A stretch of 64,000 nucleotides of DNA from Octopus vulgaris (taxonomy: Eukaryota). The notes beneath the pieces are model-generated. The model did not search any database, was not told the origin of the DNA, and saw nothing but the letters and a program-made list of their open reading frames with translations. Below are positions 1 to 11,931 of this stretch, one piece after another. Numbering within the stretch: position 1 is the first letter of the stretch; each line of letters starts with the position of its first letter. The translations under genes and the position numbers were made by a program. Where the stretch lies: positions 14,694,001-14,758,000 of the forward strand of contig OX597821.1 in NCBI GenBank assembly GCA_951406725.2. The letters run 5' to 3'.

Positions 1-91
<91 letters not shown>

Positions 92-149
92 TACGACGGG
101 CTTCTTTCAGTTTCCATCTACCAAATCCACTCACAAGGCATTGATCGGA
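1..149 (-). mobile_element. SINE family A fragment (internal CA/TA microsatellite plus part of the body), truncated
   Basis: 93-149 GACGGGCTTCTTTCAGTTTCCATCTACCAAATCCACTCACAAGG matches minus-strand family A copies (e.g. 18388 onward); preceded by (AC)n(AT)n like the family's internal microsatellite. Confidence 0.8.
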
Positions 150-173
150 TATATATATATATATATAATTATA

Positions 174-350
174 AACAGGGTTATCTAAGAGATACCACCA
201 AGCTTGAAATAGCAATCAAAACATGACTCTAAAACCACATCAAGTATTCAATACAGCACAAGGTGTGCTGAATTGATTACTTGTTGTGGTTTTAGAGTCA
301 GGTTTTGACTGCTATTTCAAGCATGGTGGTATCTCTCAGATATCCTTGTT
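174..350. repeat. Long inverted repeat (foldback): 87-bp arms, 3-nt loop
   Basis: 174-260 pairs with 264-350 with no indels; 78/87 Watson-Crick pairs checked base by base; loop AGG. Confidence 0.95.
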
Positions 351-1746
351 CATTTAAAATAACGATCTTATCCTTACATATATATATATATATATATATA
401 TTCACACGCGTATGTGCACACATACACACACATATGCATAAAGAAGCTCATGCATGCATAAGCATATATTTGCATAAATGCATACAAACATGTAGTAGCA
501 AGGTTCATACATACGCGGAAAAATTTACACATAATTTACGAATAATTTTCCGTGTTTACAAACATATACTCATCTATCCATCCAGAACTACACAAACATG
601 TAACTCTCGCGGAAAAATCTCTACACGCACAGATAGCTTTATACACAGCAGCAATTAATGATATGAATCACATTTTCTTCTCGTTTTCCTTTTTAATCTT
701 TTTTATCATCTTAAACAAATAAACTAGTATCACCAATGATACTTCATCCATCATTTGCCCAATTTTTACCTCCTTATCTTTCTTTTCTGTTTCCTATTTT
801 ACTTTTGTTCCATCGTTTTTCTCTTTTTTTTTTCCATATTTTTCTCTTCCTTTCCCTACTTTTTTCCCCCTTTTCAATACATTTCTTTCTTTTTGTTAGT
901 CAAAGTGCAAGCTTTTATCCACCAGATGATTAACTACTTTCTGTCGAGGATTGTCCCCACCACTCCTCTTCTCTCATTCTCTTTCTTTCGCTCTTTCTCC
1001 CCCTCTCTCCCCCCTTCTCTCTCTCTCTCTTCGATTTCAATACACACAAACATACATTCTCTCATTTTTCAAACCGTTTTTCTTGTTCGTTCCCTTCGCA
1101 TTCTCTCTATCCGTCTGTTCCACTTTATCCTTATCAACTTCTACCTTCTGCTAAATCACTTGCTCTCTCTTTGCACACCCCAATGCAAGTTTTCATTTCT
1201 CTATTTCAGACCATGCTGTCTTCCTGTCGTCTCCTTTGTTATGGTCTCTCTTCATTCTTTCTTGTCTCCATTCATTCTTTCTTTCTCTCTTTCTCTATCT
1301 TTTTATTATTTCTCCCTTCTTTCTTCTCTCATCTCTCATGCACAAGATTTCAAACCACCAGATGACTAACTATATTTCTTCTCTATTTACTATTGAGTTT
1401 AAGTCCGTTGGAAATCGATATGCACATCACAGACACACCAATGCAATGTGCACTCTATGTGCTTTTCACTTGGTTGTCGTTCTTTCCTTCTATTGCTTTC
1501 ACTTTCACACTGTATATGTATACACACACACACACACACAAACGCGCACACACACATACATAAATGCACACACACAGACACACACACACATCTAAACCCA
1601 CTTAAATGTACAAACACAAAACACGTGCATACGTTGAGATACACACCTACAGAAATACAAACAAGCACACACATACACATACATACATTCATACATACAT
1701 ACATACGTACAGATTGACAAATTGATAGATTGATAGATAAGCAGAA

Positions 1747-1870
<124 letters not shown>

Positions 1871-2390
1871 AGGTATAGATATATAAATATGTTTCATTGT
1901 CTCTCTGTGCATCTAACTGTATGAATGAGTGAGCGTGCGTGTCTATTTCTCTATGTATCTGCACATGCGTAAGTCTGAACGTATGATATAAAATTATGCA
2001 TTTGTGTTTATCCTAATTTGTGGGAAGCGTTGTGTAATTTTTTCCTGTCTCTTTGTTACATGTGTGCGTATTTTCATTCGTGTATGTGTGTGTGTGTGTG
2101 TGTGCATGCATGCGTGTATGTGTGTGTGTGTGCGTATGTGCGTGTACGCGAGCTCGCGTGTTTGCGTGTGAGTGTGCGTGGTTATGAGGTTGTGCCCGTG
2201 TAAGCGTGAAAGTGTTCTATACTGCTGTTTGCATGTGCACGTGTTTGTTGTGTGTATTGGAGAACAATTACGTCAAAGGAGGGTGAGTGAGTTGTTTGAA
2301 GCGGGACACCCCAAGCAACATGTTGCACAACTAACTCGCCATATCAATTGAAATTGTGTTAAATTATGAATATGCAAGTGAAACACAAGA

Positions 2391-2460
2391 GCGAGGGAGA
2401 GCGAGGGAGAGCGAGGGAGAGCGAGGGAGAGCGAGGGAGAGAGTGAGAGAGAGAGAGAGG
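2391..2460. repeat. (GCGAGGGAGA)5 minisatellite grading into (GA)n
   Basis: Five exact 10-bp units at 2391-2440. Confidence 0.95.
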
Positions 2461-2792
2461 GACAGAGGGAGGGGAGTCGTAGAGAAAGCATTTTAATTTT
2501 GTATAAATAAATAAGAGATAACTACACGGGTGATATACTTGTTCGCAGCCAATCAAATTACAAACCCACCACATTAAAAACACATTAGATAATACCCTAC
2601 TCGGGAAAAAAAAAGCCGTAAGGTCATGGCTGGAATGCCTTTGACGAAACGTGCACTCATTTATGGCAGAATCTGCACAAAAATAAGTAAATAAATAAAC
2701 TTAATTTTTAGAGTAGGAAGTTTCCCCAGAAGCTATAAGCAATTTGGTTCAGAGACGTTACCTGTTGCTTTTTTTTCTTCTTTTTTGTTAGC

Positions 2793-3057
2793 AAGCCCGT
2801 CGTATATATGCATACACATATATATATGCGTATGTGTGTTTGTATGTCTGTGTTTGTCCCCCTAGAATTGCTTGACAACCGATGCTGGGGTGTGTTTACG
2901 TCCCCGTCACTTAGCGGTTCGGCAAAAAGAGACCGATAGAATAAGTACTGGGCTTACAAAAAGAATAAGTCCCGGGGTCGATTTGCTCGACTAAAGGCGG
3001 TGCTCCAGCATGGCCGCAGTCAAATGACTGAAACAAGTAAAAGAAAAAAAAAAAAAA
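2793..3057 (+). mobile_element. SINE family A, 5'-truncated
   Basis: AAGCCCGTCG-microsatellite-...GGCGGTGCTCCAGCATGGCCGCAGTCAAATGACTGAAACAAGTAAAAG followed by an A-rich tail. Confidence 0.9.
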
Positions 3058-3099
3058 TTGTTTCAAACGTTCAGGATGAGCGCTTTACTCAACAAGTCA

Positions 3100-3165
3100 G
3101 CGGTGGTGCCCCAGCATGGCCGCGGCCTTCGGGCTAGAACATTTTAAAGGATTTTTAAGGATTTA
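3100..3165 (+). mobile_element. Retroposon 3'-tail fragment related to the family A tail
   Basis: GGTGGTGCCCCAGCATGGCCGCGGCCTTCGGGCT followed by a short tandem (TTTAAGGA-like) tail. Confidence 0.6.
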
Positions 3166-3439
3166 AGTAGTTCGGAAAGCTCGCTACGACACTAATTTCT
3201 TAATGGAAGGACAACTAAATTGTTGGTTTTCATGTCGTTCTTAGTCTCATCCAGTGTTGGACGGGAAAGTCACCAGCAGAGTTGCTTCACGGTCGCCAAT
3301 CACGAAAGATTATGCCATCGTAATTGCCGAGAAACAGTTATTCAATGAGGGACAAACATAAAAGCTCATATAAATTATATATTGAATGAGATGTACTTGT
3401 TAGAGATTGCCAAAGAAAAGTTAAATGCAATCATGGGTA

Positions 3440-3746
3440 AAGAATTCCTTCCGTCATGAATGATCATGGGATTGCATCTACAAAGTTACTCTCCGAGGCA
3501 CAAGTCCGGGTTAAGTTGTTCATGGGAAACCAACAGTCACCCAAGGATACCAGTTTCCCCGCCACCGATGTTATCCAAGGGAATGGCATAGGGGCCGAAA
3601 CAGCTTGATACCAGAGACGTCGCAACTCATTTCTACAGCTGAATGAACTGAAGCAATAATGTGAAATAAAGTGTCTTGCTCAATCTTGGGAATCGAACTC
3701 ACAACCTCATGATTGTGGGCCCGGCGCTCTAACCACTGAGCCATGC
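3440..3746 (-). mobile_element. tRNA-derived SINE family E (CORE-like body)
   Basis: Minus strand starts GCATGGCTCAGTGGTTAGAGCG (A box)...GAGTTCGATTCCC (B box), then TTGAGCAAGACACTTTATTTCAC...CAGCTGTAGAAATGAG; related pieces near 26615-26690 and 51170-51220. Confidence 0.75.
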
Positions 3747-4887
3747 TAGGTTCAATGAGCTACTGGATCTAAATAGATAAAGGTCATTGGAAAGGCATCA
3801 AAGTCAGATTCGGTAACGGAATTGTATGGTACTCTTACTGACTCCCTCCATATCGAACTCAATGATTGTTTGCTGTACCGCAGCAATTTACAAACATTGT
3901 CACTATCAAGGAAGTGCCGACCGTAATCACATCCAGCACCACAACTGCGACCAGCGTCGGTCCGATTCTCATTCAGCAATTATGTGCAATGACGATGACT
4001 ATGACGAAAGAGATTATGTTGTGGATCAGATTAAAAGAATTTGAAGACAGACATCTTCTTCGACCGAAACCGTATCAGCTTCAAGTTTCACTTGGAGGGG
4101 GTATGAAGTTAAAGCGAGAGGCTAAGTGCTGCCCCCCAGTAAATTCCTTAAAAAGTGTACGAGAGTAGCAAATATAGTGTTGTGAGAGTAACGAATACAG
4201 AGAATAGTATATAGAATGTAGTATGCTCGGTCCAACTCTCAGCATGAGTCTGTAGGCCTGGCAAATGAAGTGTGGGAGGAAGTACCTGCTTTTAGTGGTC
4301 CGAGTCATCAATATTTTATGGTATTTCCTTGATTGGCCCTATGTAGCTTGATTGACCCTATGGTCATTAGGACATCCAGAAACTGCTTTGCAGGATTTGT
4401 TTGTTTGCTACTCGTTACATTCTGAGCCCAAATCTCATTTAGGTCAAAATTACATTTCGTTCTCTTGGGTCGATAAAATAAAGTAATAGTCAAGTACTGG
4501 GATCGATGCTATCGACTAAACACTTCACTTGTCCTAGTGTTGATGAACTTGTGTTTAAGTTGGAAATAATTATTATTGCAGCTGCAGCTGCTGCTGCTGC
4601 TGTTGTTTATCCATCAAGTCAGCTGTGATCGAACAGACCTATAATCAAATGCCTTCCATTTATGATCAACCTTTTTCTTACTTTTTTTTTAATGATTCGT
4701 CCATCTCGTTTCCAAGATTGTAAGGAGTGGCATGTGGCGAGATTTGATTGCTTCTTCTTGCAGGTCTAATGGTCGCATGGCCACTGTTTGTTAGCTCAGT
4801 TAATATTATTCTTTTCATAACAGTAACTTCACGACAGAAGTGACAGAGAATCGTATAACAAAATACCTGACGATATTTTTGTATGTT

Positions 4888-5097
4888 AAGACAGCGAATT
4901 GACAGAAACGGGCGAAATGCTTAGCGGTATTTCGTCCGTCTTTACGTTCTGAGTTCAAATTCCGCCAAGGTCGACTTTGCCTTTTATCCTTTCTGGGTCT
5001 ATAAATTAAGTACCAGTTGCGTACTGGAGTCGATCTAATCGACTGGCCCCCTGCCCCAAAATTTCGGCCCTTGTACCTTGAGTAGAAAAGGTTATTT
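4888..5097 (+). mobile_element. SINE family B, tail type 2
   Basis: Family B head and central block (GAGTTCAAATTCCGCC..GGTCGACTTTGCCTTT..AAATTAAGTACCAG), then ...AAAATTTCGGCCCTTGTACCTTGAGTAGAAAAGGTTATT. Confidence 0.85.
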
Positions 5098-5756
5098 ATG
5101 TATATTTCTTCGTGGATCGAGTTAAAAGCAAGTTGGGTTCTTAGCATGTTGCTGAAATAACGGTTTCAAACTTTGGCTGAAGGCCAGCAGTTTCGGGAAT
5201 GGGGAAAAGTCGATTACATCGAACCCAGTGATCAACTGGTATTTATTTTATCGATCTCGAAAGGATGCAAGGTAAAGTCGACCCCGGCGGACTATCTCGT
5301 ATTCCTGTGTTTGCTTTGGTATAGTTTCTGCAGCTGGGGCCTTTCTTAACGCCAATTATTTTATAGAGCGTATGAAGTGTATTAGATGATATTATATAAA
5401 TATATAGAAATATATGAAAGTGAGTTTGGAGGGATATATTATCCGGGCGGAAACCATATTAGCTCTCGGTTAAGTTCCAATTAACGGCTAACCACAACGA
5501 TCAGTATCTAACGTCTGTGACTATATTTAGTTACTAGTCGTTCCGTGAATTCTTCGCTGGACAGTAAAAATTGTCAGTCATTTCACTTCAAGGATGACCT
5601 AATGGACGGACCCCGATGAAGCTGCAACGACAATAATGCTCGGTTGCATTTGCAACAGTGAGTGGTCGCTGCAGCGGAAACACCTGTAGGTCATTGTAGT
5701 ATGTTGTATATAAGTATAAAATAAATTTTTGTGGATGTACAAGTCTCCATACCCTC

Positions 5757-5808
<52 letters not shown>

Positions 5809-6308
5809 GAGTGAGAGAGCAGTGCATGCCATCAAAGTGACACTGGGGTAAAATATACGAAGCCCAGTATACCCATCATGACTACCCGTCTGATAAGGGT
5901 ACACTAGGCACATGCATCACAACCACATGTGCGCGACATGGTGATCTCATATCAAGATAAACAGCACATGACCTTGCAGGTGGGGCCCAGTTAGAATTTT
6001 CTTCTGGTCGAGTAATCCATCACGCTCAAAAGGTCCCTGATTAAGGGTTGTTTAAGGATGTTTCCAGAGGTGAATTATCCAAACCCCCAAAAATCCCTCT
6101 CAACACATGGCTATGATGCTCCCCACTACTTCTGCTCGTGATCAGAGATGCACATATTGTCAGCCACTAAGGGACATGCTCAATGCAAACATGATCGTCA
6201 GTACACTTGGTATAAAGAGGGACATGCTCAGCATCATAGCCTGGTTAAGGTCTGGAAACAACTGACTTAAAGCAAATCTTATTCAGGACCGTTTGAGCGG
6301 GATATTGA
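5809..6308 (-). mobile_element. (AAT)n-inserted element family C, copy 2 (scrambled distal end)
   Basis: 5809-6184 is the reverse complement of about 17227-17621; flanked by (ATT)n. Confidence 0.9.
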
Positions 6309-6333
6309 ATTATTATTATTATTATTATTATAT

Positions 6334-6379
<46 letters not shown>

Positions 6380-6419
6380 TATATATATATATATATAAGC
6401 GCATGTACGCGCACATATA

Positions 6420-6600
6420 TGTTGGTATCACGGGAAAGCATCCAGTTCACTCTATCAAATAATTGGCGTTAGGAAGGGCTCCAGCTATAGAACAATAACC
6501 AAAGCAAACATAGGAACACGGCATAGTCCAACATATGACAGCATGGAAGACGGACGTTTAACAATGATGATGATGATGATGGTGGTGATGATAATGGTGA
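6420..6600 (+). mobile_element. Degenerate SINE 3' region with (GAT)n tail
   Basis: TTGGCGTTAGGAAGGGC-TCCAGCTATAGAA...CAGCATGGAAGACGGACGTT followed by (GAT)n. Confidence 0.55.
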
Positions 6601-6946
6601 TATACACCCAACCATCTACCGCTCACAGCATGTATGACTTAGTAACGTACACTTTCCTTGCTTTCAGGTGCTGATGTACTTGCGATAGGATATAGCTATC
6701 TTCGTAGGTCCTCTTACACTTAAGCCAGTGAAACGTCCAGGATGTGACACCTTGAGGAATAGAGTGTTGCACCAGCTCCCGGTTAGTAATAATTACAGCC
6801 GAATAGACTGGTGCAATGTAAATGAAGTACCCCGCTTAAGGACAAAAAGAATCGCCCGGTCCCAGAATTGGAACCAGAATCTTATAATTATCCAATACCC
6901 AAACTACCGGACCATATGTCTTCGCTAATTAATGTCTATGTGTGAC

Positions 6947-7026
<80 letters not shown>

Positions 7027-7595
7027 ATCTATCTGTCTATCTATCTATCTGTATGTCTGTCTGTGCATGCATACATACATACACACACATATGCATATAT
7101 ACACGCTTACACACAGACACACACACATACACACACACACAGACAGACACACACAAACACACACAGCGCAGATCCTATTGAACCGTAGCTGATGTTTAAT
7201 CGTAATTAACTTGATACTTCACTTATCCTTTTGTCTTATCTATTTATTTATCTATTTGTTTGTTTATTTATTTATTTGTTTATTTCTCTATAATCTGGCC
7301 AGGGTTATTTAAAATCGATACAATGAATATCAGTAATATACCCAAGTCGAGCTTCTTAAGTATTTGCACCGTTATACTTCTTAAAATAGCCTGAGATCAA
7401 AGCAGGAACGTGTGCGCATGTGCTACTGTAATGGCAATAGCTGGCTGGTTTGATAGTTTCAGTGTAAAGTTACAGATGTCTGATACTATCGATCAGCCTC
7501 ACAGAGAAATCCCAGCAACTTCAAAGACTAAGCAGCCGTGTGTTCTTCATTACATCTAGTTCCATCCAACAATCGACAGTAATTCTTAATCATTT

Positions 7596-7662
7596 TGTGT
7601 GTGTGTGTGTGTAAGTGTGTAAGTGTGTGTGTGTGTATGTGTGTAAGTGTGTGTGTGTGTGT

Positions 7663-7726
<64 letters not shown>

Positions 7727-7863
7727 GTGTGTGTGTGTGTATGTGTGTAAGTGTGTGTGTGTGTGTATGTGTGTATGTGTGTGTGTGTAAGTGTGTGTGT
7801 GTGTGTGTGTAAGTGTGTGTGTGTGTAAGTGTGTGTGTGTGTATGTGTGTAAGTGTGTGTGTG
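7596..7863. repeat. Compound (TG)n microsatellite with recurrent TAAG/TATG interruptions
   Basis: Direct inspection. Confidence 0.95.
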
Positions 7864-8561
7864 TACGATGATGAGTGGGCGCGCGCAGCGTGTGTGTGCG
7901 CGATTGTGCGCGCGTGTGTTTAAGTAAGTCATATGTAGAAGCACGTTTATGTTATTGTGAATATACGCAAGTTTAGACCGATGTTTGAGTGAAATGATAA
8001 AGGAAAACGAAAGAGAGAGAGAGAAAGAGAGGGATGGAGGGAGGGAGAGAGAGAGAGAGAGGAGATTTCTTAACTATGTCACATTCGCAGAAAGACTTCG
8101 ATCCTCTTGACCTAATTAAAAAAAAAAAAATTAAAGACATGCGGCAAATTTTGTATTAGCAGAAATACTGAATACAACCATTATCCAATATATACATTAT
8201 CTCCTACCCTTTTTTACGCACATCTATTGCCTAGTTCCCACTGTCCCACGCTTTCCACCCGTTCATCTTCCCATTGAAATGCACATTCATCTGTAGTTTG
8301 TGAATCCTATTCCTGACCCCCACAATCGCTTCGATCTTTCCTAGACCACTTCTCTTCACCTTGAAAAGAAATAGGAAATTCGGCAGCCGCTTAGCTAGAA
8401 GTTTTATTGCACCCAGTTGTGCAAAATCAAGCAGTTTTCAATGTACTCACCGCCAATGCATCCTTGTTACACCGCCGATGCATCGCGTTACAAAACTACT
8501 ATTACCAAACCTAAGTCACCGTTCAACATTACCCAAAACATCTGTTGCACATCTTTCAACA

Positions 8562-8966
8562 GCGCAGGTGTGGCTGTGAGGTAAGTAGCTTGCCTACCAA
8601 CCACATGGTTCCAGGTTCAGTCCCACTGCGTGGCACCTTGGGCAAGTGTCTTCTACTATAGCCTCGGGCCGACCAAAGCCTTGTGAGTGGATTTGGTAGA
8701 CGGAAACTGAAAGAAGCCCGTCGTATATATGTATATATATATGTGTGTGTGTGCGTGTATGTTTGTGTGTCTGTCCCCCTAGCATTGCTTGACGACCGAT
8801 GCTGGTGTGTTTATGTCCCCTTATCTTAGCGGTTCGGCAAAAAGAGACCGATAGAATAAGTACTCGGCTTACAAAGAATAAGTCCCGGGATCGATTTGCT
8901 CGACTAAAGGCGGTGCTCCAGCATGGCCGCAGTCAAATGACTGAAACAAGTAAAAGAGTAAAAGAG
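8562..8966 (+). mobile_element. SINE family A, full length (tRNA-derived, CORE-like block)
   Basis: Head GCGCAGG..TGGCTGTG.GGTAAG (A box), GGTTCAGTCCC (B box); CCTTGGGCAAGTG resembles the start of the CORE domain; internal TA/TG microsatellite; (TAAAAGAG)n tail. Confidence 0.92.
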
Positions 8967-10004
8967 ATACATTGTATCATCTGAAAACTTTGTGACGCAT
9001 TTCATTTTGGGAAAAACAGCTTCTCGCCCCGTTTTCGGGAACATGTTCGAAGCAGACTACCACGCGTGCCACGTCAGGCTGTCACCATTCACACTAACAC
9101 AAGAGACTGTTCGATTACCTATACATCATTGTGCAGCATTTCCATACATCATGGATCAACACACTCAAAGAAACGGAGGGAGCAACGAATGCGTTTCATA
9201 TACAAATTCGGGATCGTGTCAATGACAGGTTTAAAAGAGCGTTTTCCTTCTATTCTAACACCTTTTAGTTCAATATTCCCATTGAAGTCCTTCAACTTCC
9301 CTCTCACCTAAATTTCTCCTTTCACCTAGCCTTCGCCTTTTCCTCTTCCTGTTTTCTTTTCCTTCATTCACTCAGTTTCTCTCTCCAACTTCTTTTTGTC
9401 TACATATACAAACTTACTTTATCTTGTGTTCCCCATCAGTTGCAGCCAGTTTCTCAAATATAGGGGATGTAAAGTTCTGCTGTCTTTCTTTTATTTCCCT
9501 ATTGTCACCTTTGCTTCAAAGGACTCTCTCCAAAACGTTGGATATTCCACTTCCCACGACAGTTTCACTGTACTCTTTCTGTCGGTTTTTTCAAATAATC
9601 TATACTGAACGAGCAAGCTCCCTTGCTATGAAATTGTATTTGCTAGTAAGTGGTATAAGACAAATCAGTCATTCAGTTTACGTTCATTTGTGCATTTGTG
9701 TGTGTTTTCGAAGTTCATATTCCATCAGATTTTCACTCCGGCTATTTCTCGACTTGATATTGTATAACATTTTATTTATTTATGTATTTATTTATTCATC
9801 TATTTTTGTTTACAAATATACTTATATCGTTGATGTCGATATGATAAATAGTAAAGTGGACAGAAACAGGATTTTGATTTTTAAAAGAAACATAACCATT
9901 TGTATATTGCAATATATCTGTTAACAACTTCCTCCTGATTCAGTAAAATATTCCACTATTCTCATTTTAAATGGCATATATTTAAGTTTCCGTTTCTCTA
10001 ACTT

Positions 10005-10345
10005 AGTGGCAGGGCGGTGGATTTTCTGAATCGTTAGAGTCTCCGACAAAATATCTCACTTTACTTACAAGTTCAAAGCCCATCGAGGTCAACTTTGTCT
10101 TTCATCACATCCGATTGATACAATAACACACCTTTCTAGTCCTGGGGTCGATCTAATCGACTAACTCGTCCCTTAAAACTGCAGACCTTGTGCTTGAATC
10201 AAAAACTGTTATTATCGTAAAATCGTCATTTTGCTTTCCATCCACAAGGGTTCGGTAAATTAAAGTGCCATCAAGTGATGGGGATGATGGCATAGACTAA
10301 CCCCTCTTCACAAAAATTATTGGCCTCGATATAATCTTTATTATT
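10005..10345 (+). mobile_element. Two adjacent degenerate SINE family B (tail type 2) copies
   Basis: GAGGTCAACTTTGTCTTTCATC...GGGGTCGATCTAATCGAC...CCTTGTGC...TTATT; other decayed B copies at about 4370-4575, 5160-5290(-), 23785-24010, 27735-27880, 40900-41040(-), 48760-48890(-), 51690-51870. Confidence 0.65.
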
Positions 10346-10527
10346 GTTATTTTATTTCTTACTTTGGTAAGACGTCTATACTTTGCTCCCTCTATGGATC
10401 AAAGTTTGTTGAGTTTTGCAAAAGTTGGATGACTATTCATAACTATTGCTACAAGGAGTTATTACTCAAGGAGACGAGAGATCTAACATGTACTTCCCTC
10501 TCTCTTTCTCTCTCTCTCATTCATATA

Positions 10528-11784
10528 CACAGATATGCAGGAAGTAAATAGGCACCTATACTTTTCAATATTTCTGATATAAGCGTATTAATATGTTTTC
10601 AGCGGTGTAGAATTTACAATGTAATTATTCTTTTTTATTCCATGTGCCATTATATTAAACATTTGCGAAAGGTAACCATGCCACGCACAAAAATTTCAGC
10701 AGAACTGTCAGATTTTCAAAGAGGTCGTATTGTTGGGCAATCTGAGGCTGGTCTTAACCAACGAAAAATAGCCGAAAATCTTCAAATTCCTCTTACTACT
10801 GTTAATAGAATTATAGTGCAATTCAAAAGCCAAGGAAAAGAATCAACAGATTCTCGACCCTGCCGACCTGGGCTCTTGGAAAGGAAGCTTCGCTGCTTGA
10901 AGAGAATTGTAGAAACGAACCCCGTTCGTAGGCTTCTGACATTGCAAAACAGCTAGAAATTAGTCCAAGAACGTGTTACATATCTGCATAAGCTTGGGTA
11001 TTATGGACGCGCAGCTAGATGAAAACATCTCCTTCAACCAATTAATATCACGAAAAGAAAGATGTCATAAAAATCCAGTTATTTTGGGATAGAGTGATTT
11101 TCTCAGATGAATCCAGTTTTGTATTATTTTCAGACAGTGGACGTGTTTGCGTCTGGAGGCTTCCCAAGCAAAAATTTGATTTGAAAGGACTCCAGCCAAC
11201 TGTAAAACATGGCGGTATCTCTGCAATGGTATGGGGAGCTGTCACCAGCAATGGTCATTCTGAGCTGATCGAATGTGTTGGAACCATAAACTCCGAAAAA
11301 TACATCGAAATACTTAAGCAAAGACTTCTTCCGATGTATTCACACGATAACATAACGGAAAATAAGTTTTTATTCATGGAAGATGGGGCTCCATGCCACA
11401 CAGCAAAAAGGAATCAACAATGGCTGACTGAAAATAGGATCAAAAAGCATCCTTGGCCGAGCCAATCTCCTGACATAAATCCAGTTGAAAATCTTTGGAG
11501 CATACTAGATAGAACTATTCGAAAACCTCGACAGAAACCTAAATCTAAAGATGAATTGTTTCGATTGTTGCGTGAAAAGTGGGCAGAAATTCCACAAGAG
11601 ACAATCACAAAGCTCATCAGTTCAATGCCGAAAAGAGTTTATGAAATAAAATCTGCAAAGGGAATGTCAACTAAATACTAAAGTATGGAGTCCTACCAAT
11701 CGATTACATTTCAATTGTTCGGTTTGCTATTATATAAAAGATTTTGAAAATTAAAGGTTTCTATTTACTTCCTGCATGTCTGTG
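10528..11784 (+). mobile_element. Tc1-family (DD34E) DNA transposon, about 1.26 kb, defective
   Basis: About 30-bp TIRs CACAGATATGCAGGAAGTAAATAGGCACCT / AGGTTTCTATTTACTTCCTGCATGTCTGTG; TA on the left flank; encloses transposase frames. Confidence 0.92.
10678..11681 (+). pseudogene. Tc1 transposase pseudogene (frameshifts/stop at about 10920-11090)
   Basis: N-terminal [15 protein letters not shown]; catalytic IFSDES...MVWG...FMEDGAPCH...WPSQSPDINPVENLW with 34 residues between D and E; C-terminal GMSTKY*. Confidence 0.92.
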
Positions 11785-11858
11785 TGTGTATGTATATATC
11801 TATATCTATATCTATCTATCTCTCTATATATATCTATCTATATATATGCATATATATA

Positions 11859-11928
<70 letters not shown>

Positions 11929-11931
<3 letters not shown>

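Noticed and set aside
736-1369. 204-aa Phe/Leu/Ser-rich ORF resembling a membrane protein
   Set aside because: Product of a low-complexity T/C-rich tract open in several frames; includes a short direct repeat CCACCAGATGA.TAACTA (about 919 and 1356) of no evident function
8594-8984. Recurrent peptides such as [37 protein letters not shown] suggesting a multigene family
   Set aside because: Antisense translations of SINE family A; frames and stops vary between copies
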